Positions 13,591-26,100 of a DNA stretch of 64,000 nucleotides are shown here, in pieces. Below the pieces are notes generated by a model. That model saw only the letters and a program-made list of their open reading frames with translations, had not been told where the DNA came from and made no database searches. The DNA lies in NCBI GenBank assembly GCA_030704615.1, contig CM060731.1, positions 5,518,001 to 5,582,000 on the forward strand, given 5' to 3'. Position 1 is the first letter of the stretch, and each line of letters opens with the position of its first letter. The DNA comes from Takakia lepidozioides (lineage: Eukaryota > Plantae > Bryophyta). The position numbers and the translations under genes are program-made.

Positions 13591-14611
13591 CGCCGGGGGT
13601 AAGACCAGCTGAGGTGTTCAGGCAGGCAGCTACACTCTGTGAAAGTGGGGAGGTTACTTCATCTTCTACGGAGATAGTGGGAGGTGTAGTGCCGGAGGGA
13701 TCCTCGGATTTGAGGGTCAAGACTGCCACGGCGGCGCCATGGCAAGCTGCAGCTGTCAGGTTGATGGAGCTGCCAGCTAGGCCAGCCATTGAGCGCGCCA
13801 TGGTGACACCTGGAGTTGTCATGTTAGACAACCAGGATGACATTTTCTGTTTGAGTGGACCGGCAGGCAAGAGGTACCGGCCACTGCGGGTCTTGTTGGA
13901 CTCGGGAGCTCAGCCATTGATGCTGGGCAGAGCTGCTATTGCAGGCTTGGGCCTCACGGAGGCGGATATGGAGCCTTGTCCTTTCCAGATACAGACATCT
14001 CTGGGAGGATCGGAGCAGGCTCGGGGCATGACACGGCGTGAGTTGGCTATCAGACTACGGCCGGATCACCCTACAGATGGCTCAGTGATGCGAGCCAAGG
14101 CCATTGTGACAGACGCGGTCTCATACGATGTCCTGGTTGGTGGGGCAGTGTTGTACCCCATGGGCTTCACCCTGGATTTTTGGGAGGAGTCAGCTTCCTA
14201 TAGGCCTGCATGGCAGTCAGGGGAGGGCCGGCGTGTGCAGCTCCCTGTGACGTTCATAGGAGGAGTTGCGGTTGCCCACGAGGCAAGATGCCGACACTAG
14301 CAGCATTCACAGCGGCAGTGAGTTGGCCTAGAGAGTTGCTTGAGGGCAACGCTCATTCAGAGGATGTGCCACCTCCAGGAGAGCAGGATGACATGTATGG
14401 TATGGCGGAGTTGCCTACCATGGTTGTTCAGACTCCATTGTGGGGCACGAGCAAAGGATTTGCAGCAGGATGCTGATCGACGGGTGCAACAAGCCTGGGT
14501 GGAGGCTTTTGTACCGTCAGGAGAGGAGGAGAGTGCGGGATTGCACCAGGACCACCTCAGTTGTCTCTATTGGACACCACACCTATTGTGTGGCAGTATC
14601 CGGATGAAGGC

Positions 14612-15555
14612 ATTTGTCTTCTGGACTTGTTTGGCGGGATCAGCACCGGATTGGCTGCCGTGCTACAGGCAGGTGTACGAGTTCGGCGTTACCTGTATGT
14701 GGAGAGGGATGAGACTGCACGACGCGTCTCACTGCGCCATGTTGCTCAGTTGGTACAGCAGTACCCTGCTTTGTTGCCAGTGTCTGCAGTTTGTGGATAC
14801 CAGCAAGCCTTGCCAGCAGACATTTCGTTACTGGGGGCGCCGGATTTGGAGCAGGTTGGCTCCATTGATCTGGTAGTGGCAGGTTGGCCCTGCCAAGGGC
14901 ATTCATCAGCCGGGCATGGCAATGGATTGCGAGACTCGAGGACGGGTCTGTTTTGGGAGATGGTGCGGATTTTGCGCCACTTGCAACTTCATCAAGCTGT
15001 ATCGCCAGCATACATCTTGGAGAATGTGCCACTGATGGGCGATTCTCGGGCCAGGGTGATGGCCAGTGTGCATCAAGTCTGGTCGTGGCTTGGGTCAGCA
15101 GTGCTGCTGGATGCAGCTGCAGTGGGATCACGGGCTCATCGTCCACGGCTATGGTGGACTAACTTGATGCCACCGCACTGCTCAAGCGTGCATTTGATGG
15201 GGTGCAGCGGCCAACACACCTCATAGTGGACAACATTTTGGACACAGGGAGGCAGTCTCAACGTGTGAGACACGATGACCGTTTGCCTTTGGCAGCGGTC
15301 AATAGGGTGGGTCAACCACGAGCAGCATTACCAACACTGCTCAACTTCCCAGGATCCCATGCTTTTTGGGATGGTGGACCTGGCTTCCTATGGGATGCTC
15401 AGTTGCAGCAGTTAGTGGAGCCTATTGCTGACGAGCGTGAGCGGGCAATGGGTTTTACCACTGGTACCACGGCGGTGTCGTCTCTTTCTGAGGCATCACG
15501 TCGTCAAGTGTTGGGGCAAGCAATGGATCTCAATTGCTTGACCTGGATTATCAAC
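14612..15555 (+). pseudogene. DNMT3-like C5 cytosine methyltransferase domain, copy B (one frameshift near 15175)
   Basis: ICLLDLFGGISTGL, YLYVE, DLVVAGWPCQG, GLFWEMVRIL, YILENV, DAAAVGSRAHRPRLWWTNL, ERERAMGF, RRQVLGQAM. Confidence 0.92.
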
Positions 15556-18500
15556 TTGGCTCTGGCTGAGCAACGCAGAGTGCGGAGTACACTTCCCTCG
15601 ATGGTCTCTTTGCCTACCGAGACGGTACAGGCAGTGAGTGGGGGCGAGCATGTAAGGACCACGGGGTGCATGCATCCATGGCACACGTGGGAGGTGCTCG
15701 AGGTTAGATGGAGTTGGCAGCCAAGGCGGCTGTGATGGATGAGGTTGGGGATTCTTCCCGGGTTGAGGAGGTCCTCAAGGATGAGATGCTGGGGCAGGAT
15801 GAGGCCTTGTCATTGACTGAGCAAGCAGGGAGTACTGCTCAAGAGGTTGCAACATAGCAACCACTGGACGCGTCCTCCACCTCTAAGCCCACTGGACTTA
15901 AGGTTGCAATTACGGAGGACAATTAGGAGCCTGACATTGGACCCATTGTCACCGGAGGAGAGAGACGACATATACGGCGGTTCCTGAGGGCTTACAGGAA
16001 TTGCTTTGTCTTCAGTTTGAAGGACTTGGGAGCACTGAAGGGTCAAGAGATCCGTATTGAGTTGGCCACTGACACGCCAATCTTTTGGAGACCCTATAGA
16101 TACAGTGACATGAAGAGGTCTTTGATTCAGATGAGGACTCAAGATCTCTGGGAGGCAGGTTTGGTGGAGCTCTCTGGTGGAGAGTATGCTTCAGCCACAG
16201 TGATGTCAGCCAAGAAGGATGTCTATGGCAATTGGACGGAGAGACGTATGTGCGGTGATTACCGGCCTGTAAATCGTCAGACCAAGTCCGATAGGTATGC
16301 CATGCCGACACCAGAGGAGATCTTTGATGCCATCGGGCATGCTAAGGCCTTTAGCACTTTGGATTTATGATCCGGATATCACCAGTTGCCAATCAAGGAG
16401 GCGGACAAGCAGAAGACGGTATTCTGGGGGATCAATGTGCACGGCAAGGATGGCCTATATCAGTGGCGGTTCTTATCATTTGGGCTTAAGAATGCTCCTG
16501 CAGAGTTTCAGAGAGTCATGGATAGGATTCTAGCAGGGGTGGACTTTGCTCGGTGCTACATAGATAACATCATCATCTTTAGTGTTACGATGGAAGAGCA
16601 TGAGAGACACCTTCAGGTGGTATTGGAGCGCTTGAGAGCGCACGGATTGAAGTTGCATCCGGGGAAGTGCAAGTTTTTCCACAACCAGATTGAGTATCTG
16701 GATCACATGATATATCCTGGAGGATTGGGGGTACAGCAGACTAAGGTAGAGGCCATTGCACAAATTCCACGCCCCACGGATGTGAGCCGAGTTCGAGCTT
16801 TCATGGGGTTGGCAAACTATTATAGACGGTTTGTCAAGGGATTTAGTACCATTGCAAAGGCTCTAACCAAGCTGACCAAGGTGGACCATGAGTGGCAGTG
16901 GGAAGATGAGCAGGAACGAGCTTTTCAAGAGCTCAAGGTGAGGTTGACTTCGGCGCCTATCCTGAGACGACCTATCAGGGGGCGTCCCTTTCAGCTGCAT
17001 ACGAATTGGAGCATGCTGGGGCTTGGAGCGGTGCTCACACAGGTGGATGATTAGGGAAGAGAGTTCATAGTGGCTTATCCTAGCTGCTCGAACAACGTTG
17101 CAGAGGCTAAGTACAGCTCATATGAGGGAGAGTGCTTAGCTGCAGTGTGGGCCGTGGCACACTTCAGGTGTTATCTATACGGTAATCTTTTCACCCTTGT
17201 CACGGATCACCAACCACTCAAGTGGTTGATGGAGTCAGACAAGCTTACGGGGAAGCTTGCACGGTGGGCACTCATACTCCAGGAGTATGACTTTCAGGTT
17301 GTGCATCGACCGGGTTTGGTCAATCGGGATGCGGATGGATTGAGTCGCAATCCATGCACGAGCCAACAGGATGACACTGGAGCTCGGTGGCATGGTGAGA
17401 CGGACGAGGAGATGGTGCCGGGATGGCACGCATCTGCATTTTTGTGTATCTTGGCATGGGGAGGTCAGGTTGGACCTACAACAGGGATGACTGTAGATGG
17501 AGTGTCTGAGGACCCTGAGGCTAGTGATGAGCCAGGTGGTGCCAGAGATATACATGAGGATTCGGCTGTGTTGGACTACCTCCGCACGGGAGACACGGCA
17601 GCCACTGTGACTGCCAGGGAGAGAGATCGGATCCTGCAACGAGCCAAGAGGTTCAAATGGGAGGGGACACACCTACTTTGAGTGTGGGAGGATGGTCAGG
17701 TGAGGATTGTGCCTCACCCCACACAGCGTGCACGGTTAGTGCGGCATGCCCATGAGGAGTCGGGGCATTTTGGAGTGCGACGCACTCACAGTTTACTGCA
17801 GGGGCAGTATTGGTGGCGTGGTATGCATACAGAGGTGCAACAGTTCGTGGCTAGGTGCATGGTGTGTGACAGGGTGCGTGCTTCATTCAACGCCCCTACA
17901 CCACAGTTGCATCATTTACCAATCATGGGATTGGGCTACAGGTGGAGTCTTGACTTCGCAGGACCGTTGCCACTTACTATGCGCCACCACAGATATGTGT
18001 TGGTGATGGTGGAGCACTTCTCCAAGTGGATTGAGTTGGTTCTATTGCCTGACAAGGCTAGTGAGGGGGCTGCGTATGCATTCTTGGATCGTGTGCTTAG
18101 CCGATTTGGTGCTCCAGCTGAGGTACTCACGGATCAAGGGAGAGAGTTCTTGGGGGAGTTTCAGGCTTTGTGTGATAAAGCCTTGATAGACCACCGCACC
18201 ACTTCTCGGGATCATCCTGAGGCCGATGGCTTGGCATAGAGAGTTGTTCAGACGGTGAAGAGGGGTTTGCGCAAGTATGGCTTGCAGAAGGGACACCTAG
18301 GAGATTGAGATCTTCAGGTTCCTTGGTTAGCCATGGGCTACAGGTTCAGCAAACAAGCATCACTTGCCTCTTTCTCACCATATTTCCTTCTCTTTGGCCG
18401 AGAGCCGGATTCGCCTGCAACCATTCGTAGGGACACTGCTCAAGTCGTTAACCTTGACGATCCGGACGTGTGGGTACGTGCATGTGATCAGCGTGCAGAG

Positions 18501-18846
18501 TTGTTCAAGAAAGTCATGCCCATGGCTTTTGAGAACCTTGCCATTGCACAACACCGTGATACGTTGAGGTATGCCACTATGTGGTGGAGGATATCGTCCT
18601 GGGGTTCGGAGGTTTAGCCCTGGTGACTATGTTTATTTGCAGCAGACTGCTCCTACGACTCTAGCTGTTACTACAGGGCGTGTTATTCTGAGGGTTCGAG
18701 AGGTGTTGCCCTCAGGGGTCCTGATCTTGGAGGGTCGGGATGGCATGACTTGGAAGGACCATGTGCGTAATTGTGCGCCATGTCACATTCCCAATGTCGA
18801 TGGCAGAGTTGACCCAAACTTGGTAGTGGTACCTGCAGGTTTGAGG

Positions 18847-18990
18847 TGCATGCTCTGTGGGTCTGCCAAAGGGGCAGCCACTATGCTGGTGTGTGATCAA
18901 TGCTGAAGGGGTTGGCATATGGGATGCTTGACACCACCTCTTGAGAAGGTTCCTGACGGAGATTGGTTGTGTCCACACTGCTTGGGATAG
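18847..18990 (+). pseudogene. PHD finger at the integrase C-terminus, copy B (internal TGA)
   Basis: CMLC...MLVCDQC*RGWHMGCLTPPLEKVPDGDWLCPHC, a C4-H-C3 pattern. Confidence 0.9.
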
Positions 18991-19094
18991 TGGCAGTGGA
19001 CATGACTGGAGGCAGCTAACAAGACATGGGAGGCCAATCTCATAGGAGTCAATACATGAGATCCCAAGCTCAAGTTCACAGGTTTCAAGACGGC

Positions 19095-19446
19095 TGTCAA
19101 GTTAAATAAGCACAGTGTGAAACTAGCTAGAATAAAGCTAGTTATTTGTATTTAACACTTGGATTTAGGTCAAGTGTTAAATCAGGTGTCAAGTTTAGTT
19201 TGACACCTGACCCGTCTTATCTTCACGAGAGCGGCAGTCGCGCAGCTCATCTCTCTCGAGTTGAGCCTGCGCGACCGAGCTCCTGCATGCGTTTAGATCT
19301 GAGTGTACTCATGATGGGAGTGTAGGTTGTTGTGGGGTGGAGTCCCCATAGCTTGGGGTGCCCCTGGCTCGACTACTATTTCAAAGAGTGATGGTTTTGG
19401 TTTTCATGTTTTGTGTCAACAGTGTGTTCTTAGCTTTGTTCTATCA
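19095..19446 (+). repeat. LTR-like segment (3' LTR of B, possibly shared as the 5' LTR of C)
   Basis: Nearly identical to 30667-31020. Follows pol in both copies and ends CTATCA. Confidence 0.75.
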
Positions 19447-21393
19447 CTCGAGAGAGATGAGCTCTATCTAGTTTTCTAGTGCTAAGCTAGATATGATGTT
19501 TTTGTTTTTAAGCACTATTATAATGTAGCTTGGTCACGGGGAGCCTGCAGTTAGACTGGTTAGGTGTGCCGAGTGGAGCAAAACAGAAAGCTTGAGATGT
19601 TGCTACGATTTTTGTCAACCTGTGTATATATCTGAGAATGGGGATTAAGTGGCAGCAATAAAGAAAGAGGATATAATGAGGAAGCGGCCAATGGGGTGAC
19701 CACTGGAGCGGTGATTTCAGGGCAGGCTGTGGTAGCATTCTAGAGTTGTTCGATTAGTGATGCGGCTGCAACCAGCCACCCAGCAGCGACGCCGCATTGT
19801 TCTAGTCTTGGGGACGTAAAGAACAAATACTTCGTGGTGGATGCTCCGAAGGGCCATCTGGGAATTAGGGACTGCTATGCGGAGTTTGTGGACGAGAAGG
19901 GTATGTCTGTGCCTCTGAACAACGTGTACCTGCACCACTAGATCACGTACGAGTTCTCTGTACCGAGCAATGATGTAGACACCCATAAGGAGATGCTACT
20001 GAAATCTGTGGAGAAGAAGCACTCTTCGTCTCAATCCACCTTACACGCTGCCTCATTTGAAGGCTGCTGGCTCCGACCTGAAGCTCTCAGCTGGACAGAC
20101 GTTGATGCAGTACTTTGGTGTTGGTGCGGAGACCAGGCGCACCAAGTCAACTATCCCCGCGCCCTTTGCTGAAGAGACTGCAGCTCCTTCCCTGCTTGCT
20201 GAGGGCTACGAGCCGATATGGATTCTTAATGTCCACGGCCGTGACACACGGGGGGCCGTCAACAAACTAGGGTGCAGTGAGTGTCGGTTGCTTCTTTTCT
20301 ACTCTTCTCTGAAATCTTTTACACCTGTTTTGAGGAAGTTCTCTACAGGAAGACAATGTGTAAGGGCCTCGTCCCCACCAGTCACTAAATGCCTCACAAA
20401 TGGCTGCAGCCCACAAGGTTTACCTTAGCCCATAATCCCTATTGACCTGGCACAAAGCTATAGCGGACAACAATCCGTTGCAGGGAGCTGAGTGATAAAT
20501 TATGGGCTGACGTTGGCGTCATTTTAAAAGCATGAGATGGATTCCAGCACTGCTTCTCCAGCCCCTAGCTTATCATGTGCCGTGTTAACCCTTACAAAGG
20601 AGGGTAGAAAATAGAGAAGAAGCTAGGGGCCGGTGTACTGCCATAAGGTCGACAGTGCCTGAGCGATCCAGTTGTGTTTATTATTTTACCCGAATTAGAG
20701 GCTACAACAATTTGCAGTCAGCTACTGGATTTGGCGTGTGATCTTCACAATGTGACTGTGGACCGCAAAGGAGATCCTTTAGCAGAAAGTTACCTGGGAG
20801 GCCTTTAGTGCTGCACAGATGGGAAGCGCTGTGTTGTGAAGGAGGGCTTTGAAGGCGATGAGCTTGAGATGACCATCTACCTACAGTACACATGGGAATA
20901 TATTACCTGGGATGAGTGCGTTGAGCCCTGTCAAAGGTGGTCATCGGGTTCACCAAATATATCGAGTATATTGTCGAGGGATGTGGCAACACTGATCCCG
21001 CTTCTCCGGAATGTGTAGATACACGGGAGAGGATAATAGGTGCCCCTGTTTGAAGAGATTGGTGATTTAACCGAGGCAAATGGGAAGAAGGGAGCGGGCC
21101 TTCGGTTATGGCTGCCACCAGGAACTCCTGTTTGCAGGCATCTCTTTCACAAGCTAGTTGCCCCTTTTGAGATGATGTGATCTGCGCAGTGTTGCACTTG
21201 CATCCTTCAGCCCTGGATTGTACTATGTTTGGGGAAGATGGGCGTGTGATTTGCTACTCTCCTCCCATCTGTGGTACTGGACAGGCGGCTGACATCAGAT
21301 GTATCGCATCAGCGTACACCATTGCGTTGGTGAATCCAATTTGGTTGGTGCATTAATCGATGGGCACCTGGGAACGGTGACTATACTGTAGTG

Positions 21394-21412
21394 AAAAAAA
21401 AAAAAAAAAAAA
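21394..21412 (+). other. Poly(A) tract ending a degenerate coding-like region (~19650-21390)
   Basis: A19 run. The upstream sequence has broken, protein-like frames. Confidence 0.5.
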
Positions 21413-21639
21413 TGGGAACAGGGAACCAAAGGGAACCAATTGAAAATAGTTTTTCTTTGTATTTGTTTCTATTTAAGGTCATTTATTATAGTTACAGAGC
21501 CGCTTTGGCCATATCTTTGTCATATGAGCTCCGTTTGACACAGTTTTTGAGGGGATAGCTGCAGAAAGGGGAAATCTACCTATCTAAACCTGGTTTCTGT
21601 TTTGGGGACTCTGCTAAAAATCTATGGAATTTTTAGAGT

Positions 21640-22476
21640 GTGAGTGTGCCACGAAAGATCCACAATCCTGTTTCTAGAACTTGTGTTTGTCTATATGAGA
21701 GACAAATCTGTGGATGTACTCCTTGTATGGCTGGGGGAAATGAGGACGTAATTGAAGGGCATGTCTCTTCTCTTAGCCTGTGCGCACAAGGGGACAGGAT
21801 TTATGTTTCCCAAGGAACTCAGACTGATTTGAGTGGAGAACAGTTGGACGAGTTGATTGCATACTGGGAGTCAGGCATTAGCAGTAGACAACAGACTGCT
21901 GTAGTTGGCATTGAGGGCCTCAATATCGCCTTGGACAGTCAGAACTCTGTTGGAGCCAGCAGTTCTGCAGCTGTAGGTGAAATACCAAAGTGGGTGAAAG
22001 CTAGGCTTGGAACACAGCCAAAGACAGCCCTGGGGACCAAGGTGTTCAGCCACAAGGCCGTGGTGTACTGGAGCAGAGGAGCAGGAGCTACACAAGTTTG
22101 TGCAATCAGACATGGTTGCAGCCGGATACGCTCTGCACAGGGCAACCGCGAGCGGGGGTTCATCAGCAATGACATGTTTGTTGTGCGTGAAGGAGATGCA
22201 GTCATTCGCAATGAGGACACCCGCAACCGTCTCAAAGCTTTCGAGTTGAGAGACTATCATACCCTACCTTTGTTTTCTTTAGTATTCAGTGAGCGGGAGA
22301 TAGGGGAGTATTGCTTTGTCTCTACCTGGCAGAAAGAGGAGGAGGGTTGGTTAGAGCGAGCTACTGTAGCTTGGGACAAGGTTAGTGGCAGGTTTTTGGA
22401 CATAGATATACCTCCTACACCTTACCATCATGCAGAGCGAGGCACTTTGAGAGAAGTCTGGCAGTTGATAGCATAG
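21640..22476 (+). CDS. Unknown 278-aa ORF upstream of gag in copy C
   Basis: Uninterrupted, protein-like composition, same strand as gag. No family recognised. Confidence 0.4.
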   Translation: MSVPRKIHNPVSRTCVCLYERQICGCTPCMAGGNEDVIEGHVSSLSLCAQGDRIYVSQGTQTDLSGEQLDELIAYWESGISSRQQTAVVGIEGLNIALDSQNSVGASSSAAVGEIPKWVKARLGTQPKTALGTKVFSHKAVVYWSRGAGATQVCAIRHGCSRIRSAQGNRERGFISNDMFVVREGDAVIRNEDTRNRLKAFELRDYHTLPLFSLVFSEREIGEYCFVSTWQKEEEGWLERATVAWDKVSGRFLDIDIPPTPYHHAERGTLREVWQLIA

Positions 22477-23176
22477 ATCAGGATTAGATCTTGCTTGGTC
22501 GGGCTTCTATTCTTCCCCTCCATCTCTGTACTATTTTCATTACCTTGTACTTGTAGTTGCCAAAGCCTCTCTTGGTGGAGGCCAGTCAGTCCGGGGTTTT
22601 GGGCTGGGCTATTCTGCAGGATCAGCATTGCAGCTGGATTTTGGTGTGGGGGTGTTGATGTTTTGTTTCTTGTGTTTGGATCCCCCCCAACACCTGCATG
22701 CTTGACTGTGCGCCATGTTGGTTTTGTGTGGGCGCTTGCTTTCATAGGGATTAGGCCGGATTTGATCACCGGTCAATCCTAGAGTATGCTGTCGGTGGTG
22801 AGGCTGGAGTGATGACCAGCAAGACCACCAGTGTTTCTTCTATGGTGAGGCTGGGTTGATGACCAGCCAACCATAGGAGTTCTTGCGGTGGATGCAGGTG
22901 CAGGTGCCCTGAGCCATTGGGATATGACCCTTAAACTGCAACAGGTGCCCACCCGTGTCACTATTAGATTAGTACTAGAGCCTTATAGTGTCACGTGGAG
23001 GAGGTGCACATTGTGGGTGTCATTACGGAGTTACCCAAGGGTTTTGAGGGGAGTACGGCTACAGGCAGTAACAGTGAGAGTGGGTTCACAAGACGAGGTA
23101 TTCGGTTCAGACCACCTTCACCGCCACCCTCAATTACTGTAGAGTCAGACACAGACTGGAGGCTTCATCAACAGGT

Positions 23177-26100
23177 GTGCACTTTCATTCGCCATTGTTG
23201 TGGGACGACATGGAGGAGATGTATGGAGCTACCAAGGGGCCTCGTAGGTACTCTGGAGCTGTGGGCACAATCGAGTTGGATGACTTTATCCAGGAGTTCG
23301 ACAGCTGGTATGATTTGCAGCAGATGCGCAATCCACAGCTATTCACCCCATTCATGGCGTGGAAGGGACTGTTCCAGCATTTGGAAGGCCCGCCTATGGA
23401 CGATTACCACGAGTTCAGGCGAGGACATGAAGCAGAGATTGAGGAGTGGAGGATGTATTGGTCACCTGACTACGTCTCCATTACTCGAGGCACGACGCGA
23501 CCAGTAGCTGCATCAATACCAATAGCTCCCACTGCCAGCACTAGTAGTGGAGCAAGTAGTGCTGGTACTTCTGCAGGTGGTACCAGTTCAAAAGGTGCTA
23601 CTACTCCTCCTGCCACGACTACAACACATGTGCCTAGATTCAACCCGGTGGTGGAGTTCTTCCAGGAGTTGCGGAGGAACTACCAAGGTGTACGGACAGA
23701 GAAGCTGCGAAGTTTGCAAGACTTCCAGCGCAAACCCAGTGAGAGCCTGCGAGAGGCATACACTCGTATGAGGCGCTTGATAAGTGTGACCCAAGGGGTT
23801 ACTAAAGCTCAGACAATCCAGTTTTGGTATGGAATTCTGGACAAGGAGCTCAAGAGAAGGGTGCGAGATGCAACCTTGTTACAAGCAGCCCAACCCACAT
23901 TAGCAGATGTGTTTCTGCTGGCTGAGCGGATTGAGCTCAACATGGTGGAGGAGCGAGTTGTCACCATTGGATTTGGCAAGGACATGCCTGCACAAGGCGC
24001 AGCTGCCAATCCACAGGCACAAGGTACTGCCCAGCAGCGTGGTCAGGGGGACAAGGTTTCCCAACCCAAGTTCCATGGAGCTTACAGGGGACCTCAGGTG
24101 CAGAGGCCCGTGGCGTCTTTTGCAGGCCAACAACAACCAGGGGTGATATGTTGGACATGTGGAGGACCCCATGTCAAGAGAGATTTCCCAGAGAATGGCA
24201 AAAGGCCGGCACAAGCACAGCTTGCACAGTTGCAGTGTGGGCATTGTGGCAAGTATGGGCATGGAGATGCCCAGTGTTATGACTTGCATCCTGAGTTGCG
24301 CCTAGGCCAGTTCCAAGGGAACAATGGTGGCCGGGGGCGAGGTGGACCAGCCCAGAGAGGACGAGGTGGTCGGGCACGAGGTGCAGGCCAAGAGCAAGCT
24401 CAACATGGCCAAGGGCGCGGAGGTCAGGGTGTTGATCAAGGCATGGCCAACCGGCTTCAGCAGCTAGAGCAGAGGCTCGCTGCCATGGCTATAGCTCAGG
24501 CGGTACCGGCTCCCAGGCGGGATGGTCCACCTCCTGTTCCTGAGGGAGGAGATATGGGAGGCATGGGATTCATGTGCGGAGCAGCACTACCACTAGAGCA
24601 GGTGGAGTCTGCTGCAGCCGTGACTCGAGGAGCAGCACGAGTTCCTGAGCCACGAGGTGCAGAGGTGGAGTTGGATCCACAACGTGGGGAGGCAAGCCGT
24701 CAGGCGAGGCTGCCTCAGTCATTCACCTTGGCGGAGACAGTGTTAACGCCATCCATGGCACCTAGTTCTCGCCCGACTGTTATTGAGGCGGAGGTTTCTA
24801 TGTCATTGGGGAGAGCTACACGTGCAGCACTGACACATGCTACCAAGGCTAGTGCAGCCGGTGTGTTATTGGGGGCAGCCACCTCTGTGTGTCAAGCCCC
24901 ACTGTTCTCGGCAACCATGATTGCGACGCCGGGGGTAAGACCAGCTGCAGTGTTCAGACTAGCAGCAACACTCTGTGAGAGTGGGGAGGTCACTTCATCT
25001 TCTGCGGAGTTAGTGGAAGGTGTAGTGGCAGAGGGATCCTCGGATTTGAGGGTCAAGACTGCCACGGCTGCGCCCTGGCAAGCTGCAGCTGCCAGGTTGA
25101 CGGAGCTGCCAGCTAGGCCAGCCTTTGAGCGCGCCATGGTGACACCTGGAGTTCTCTTGTTAGACAACCAGGATGGCATTTTCTCTTTGAGTGGACCGGC
25201 AGGCAAGAAGTACCGACCACTGCGGGTCTTGTTGGACTCGGGAGCTCAGCCACTGATGTTGGGCAGAGCTGCTATTGCAGGTTTGGGCCTCATGGAGGCG
25301 GATATGGAGCCTTGTCCTTTCCAGATACAGACATCTCTGGGAGGATCAGAGCAGGCTCGGGGCATGACACGGCATCAGTTGGCCATTAGACTGCAGCCGG
25401 ATCATCCTATTGATGGCTCAGTGAATGCGAGCCAAGGCCATTGTGACAGACGCGGTCTCTTACGATGTCCTCGTTGGTGGGGCAGTGTTATACCCCATGG
25501 GCTACATCCTGGACTTTTGGGAGGAGTCAACATTCTACAGGCCTGGATGGCAGTCAGGGGATGGTCGTCATGCACAGCTCCCTGTGACATTCATTGGGGG
25601 TATTGCGGCTGCCCAACGGGGCAAGATGCCAACACTAGCCGCCTTTACAGCTGCAGTTAGTTGGCCTGGAGAGTTGCTGGAAGGCAATGCCCATGCAGAG
25701 GATGTGCCACCTCCAGCAGAGCAGGATGACATGCATGGTATGGCGGAGTTGCCTGCCATGGTTGCTCACACTCCATTGTGGGGTACGAGCAAGGATTTGC
25801 AGCAGGTTGCTGATCGACGGGTGCAACAAGCCTGGGTAAAGGCTTTTGTACCGTCAGGAGAGGAGGAGGGTGCAGGTATTACACCAGGACCACCTTAGTT
25901 GTCACCATTGGATACCACACCTATTGTGTGGCAGTATTCGGATGAAGGCATTTGCCTTCTGCACTTGTTTGGCAGGATCAGCACCGGATTGGCTGCCGTG
26001 CTACAGGCAGGTGTGCGGGTAAGGCGTTACCTGTATGTGGAGAGGGATGAGACTACACGACACGTCTCACTGCGCCATGTTGCTCAGTTGGTACAGCAGT

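Larger units (their letters stand above)
13591..19446 (+). mobile_element. Ty3/gypsy-DNMT element copy B (protease, DNMT, RT, RNase H, integrase, PHD, LTR-like end); degenerate
   Basis: Protease VLLDSGAQ; DNMT ORFs 14561-15226 and 15202-15735; RT YIDNII; RNase H TDHQPL; integrase H-H-C-C and D,D motifs (the catalytic E codon is mutated to TAG); PHD 18847-18990. Several stops. Confidence 0.95.

Noticed and set aside
12761-14300. Long ORFs spanning N runs (also 43392-44374)
   Set aside because: Artefacts of translating through scaffold gaps.
14612-15555. Bacterial restriction-modification methylase or host DRM/DNMT3 gene
   Set aside because: The domain is intronless and embedded between protease and RT in every copy, with no endonuclease partner and no DRM-type permutation or UBA domains.
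21386-21393. CTGTAGTG as the partner TIR of the CACTA end at 8298
   Set aside because: Only 8 bp match, no subterminal repeats, no matching TSD, and it lies across a gap.
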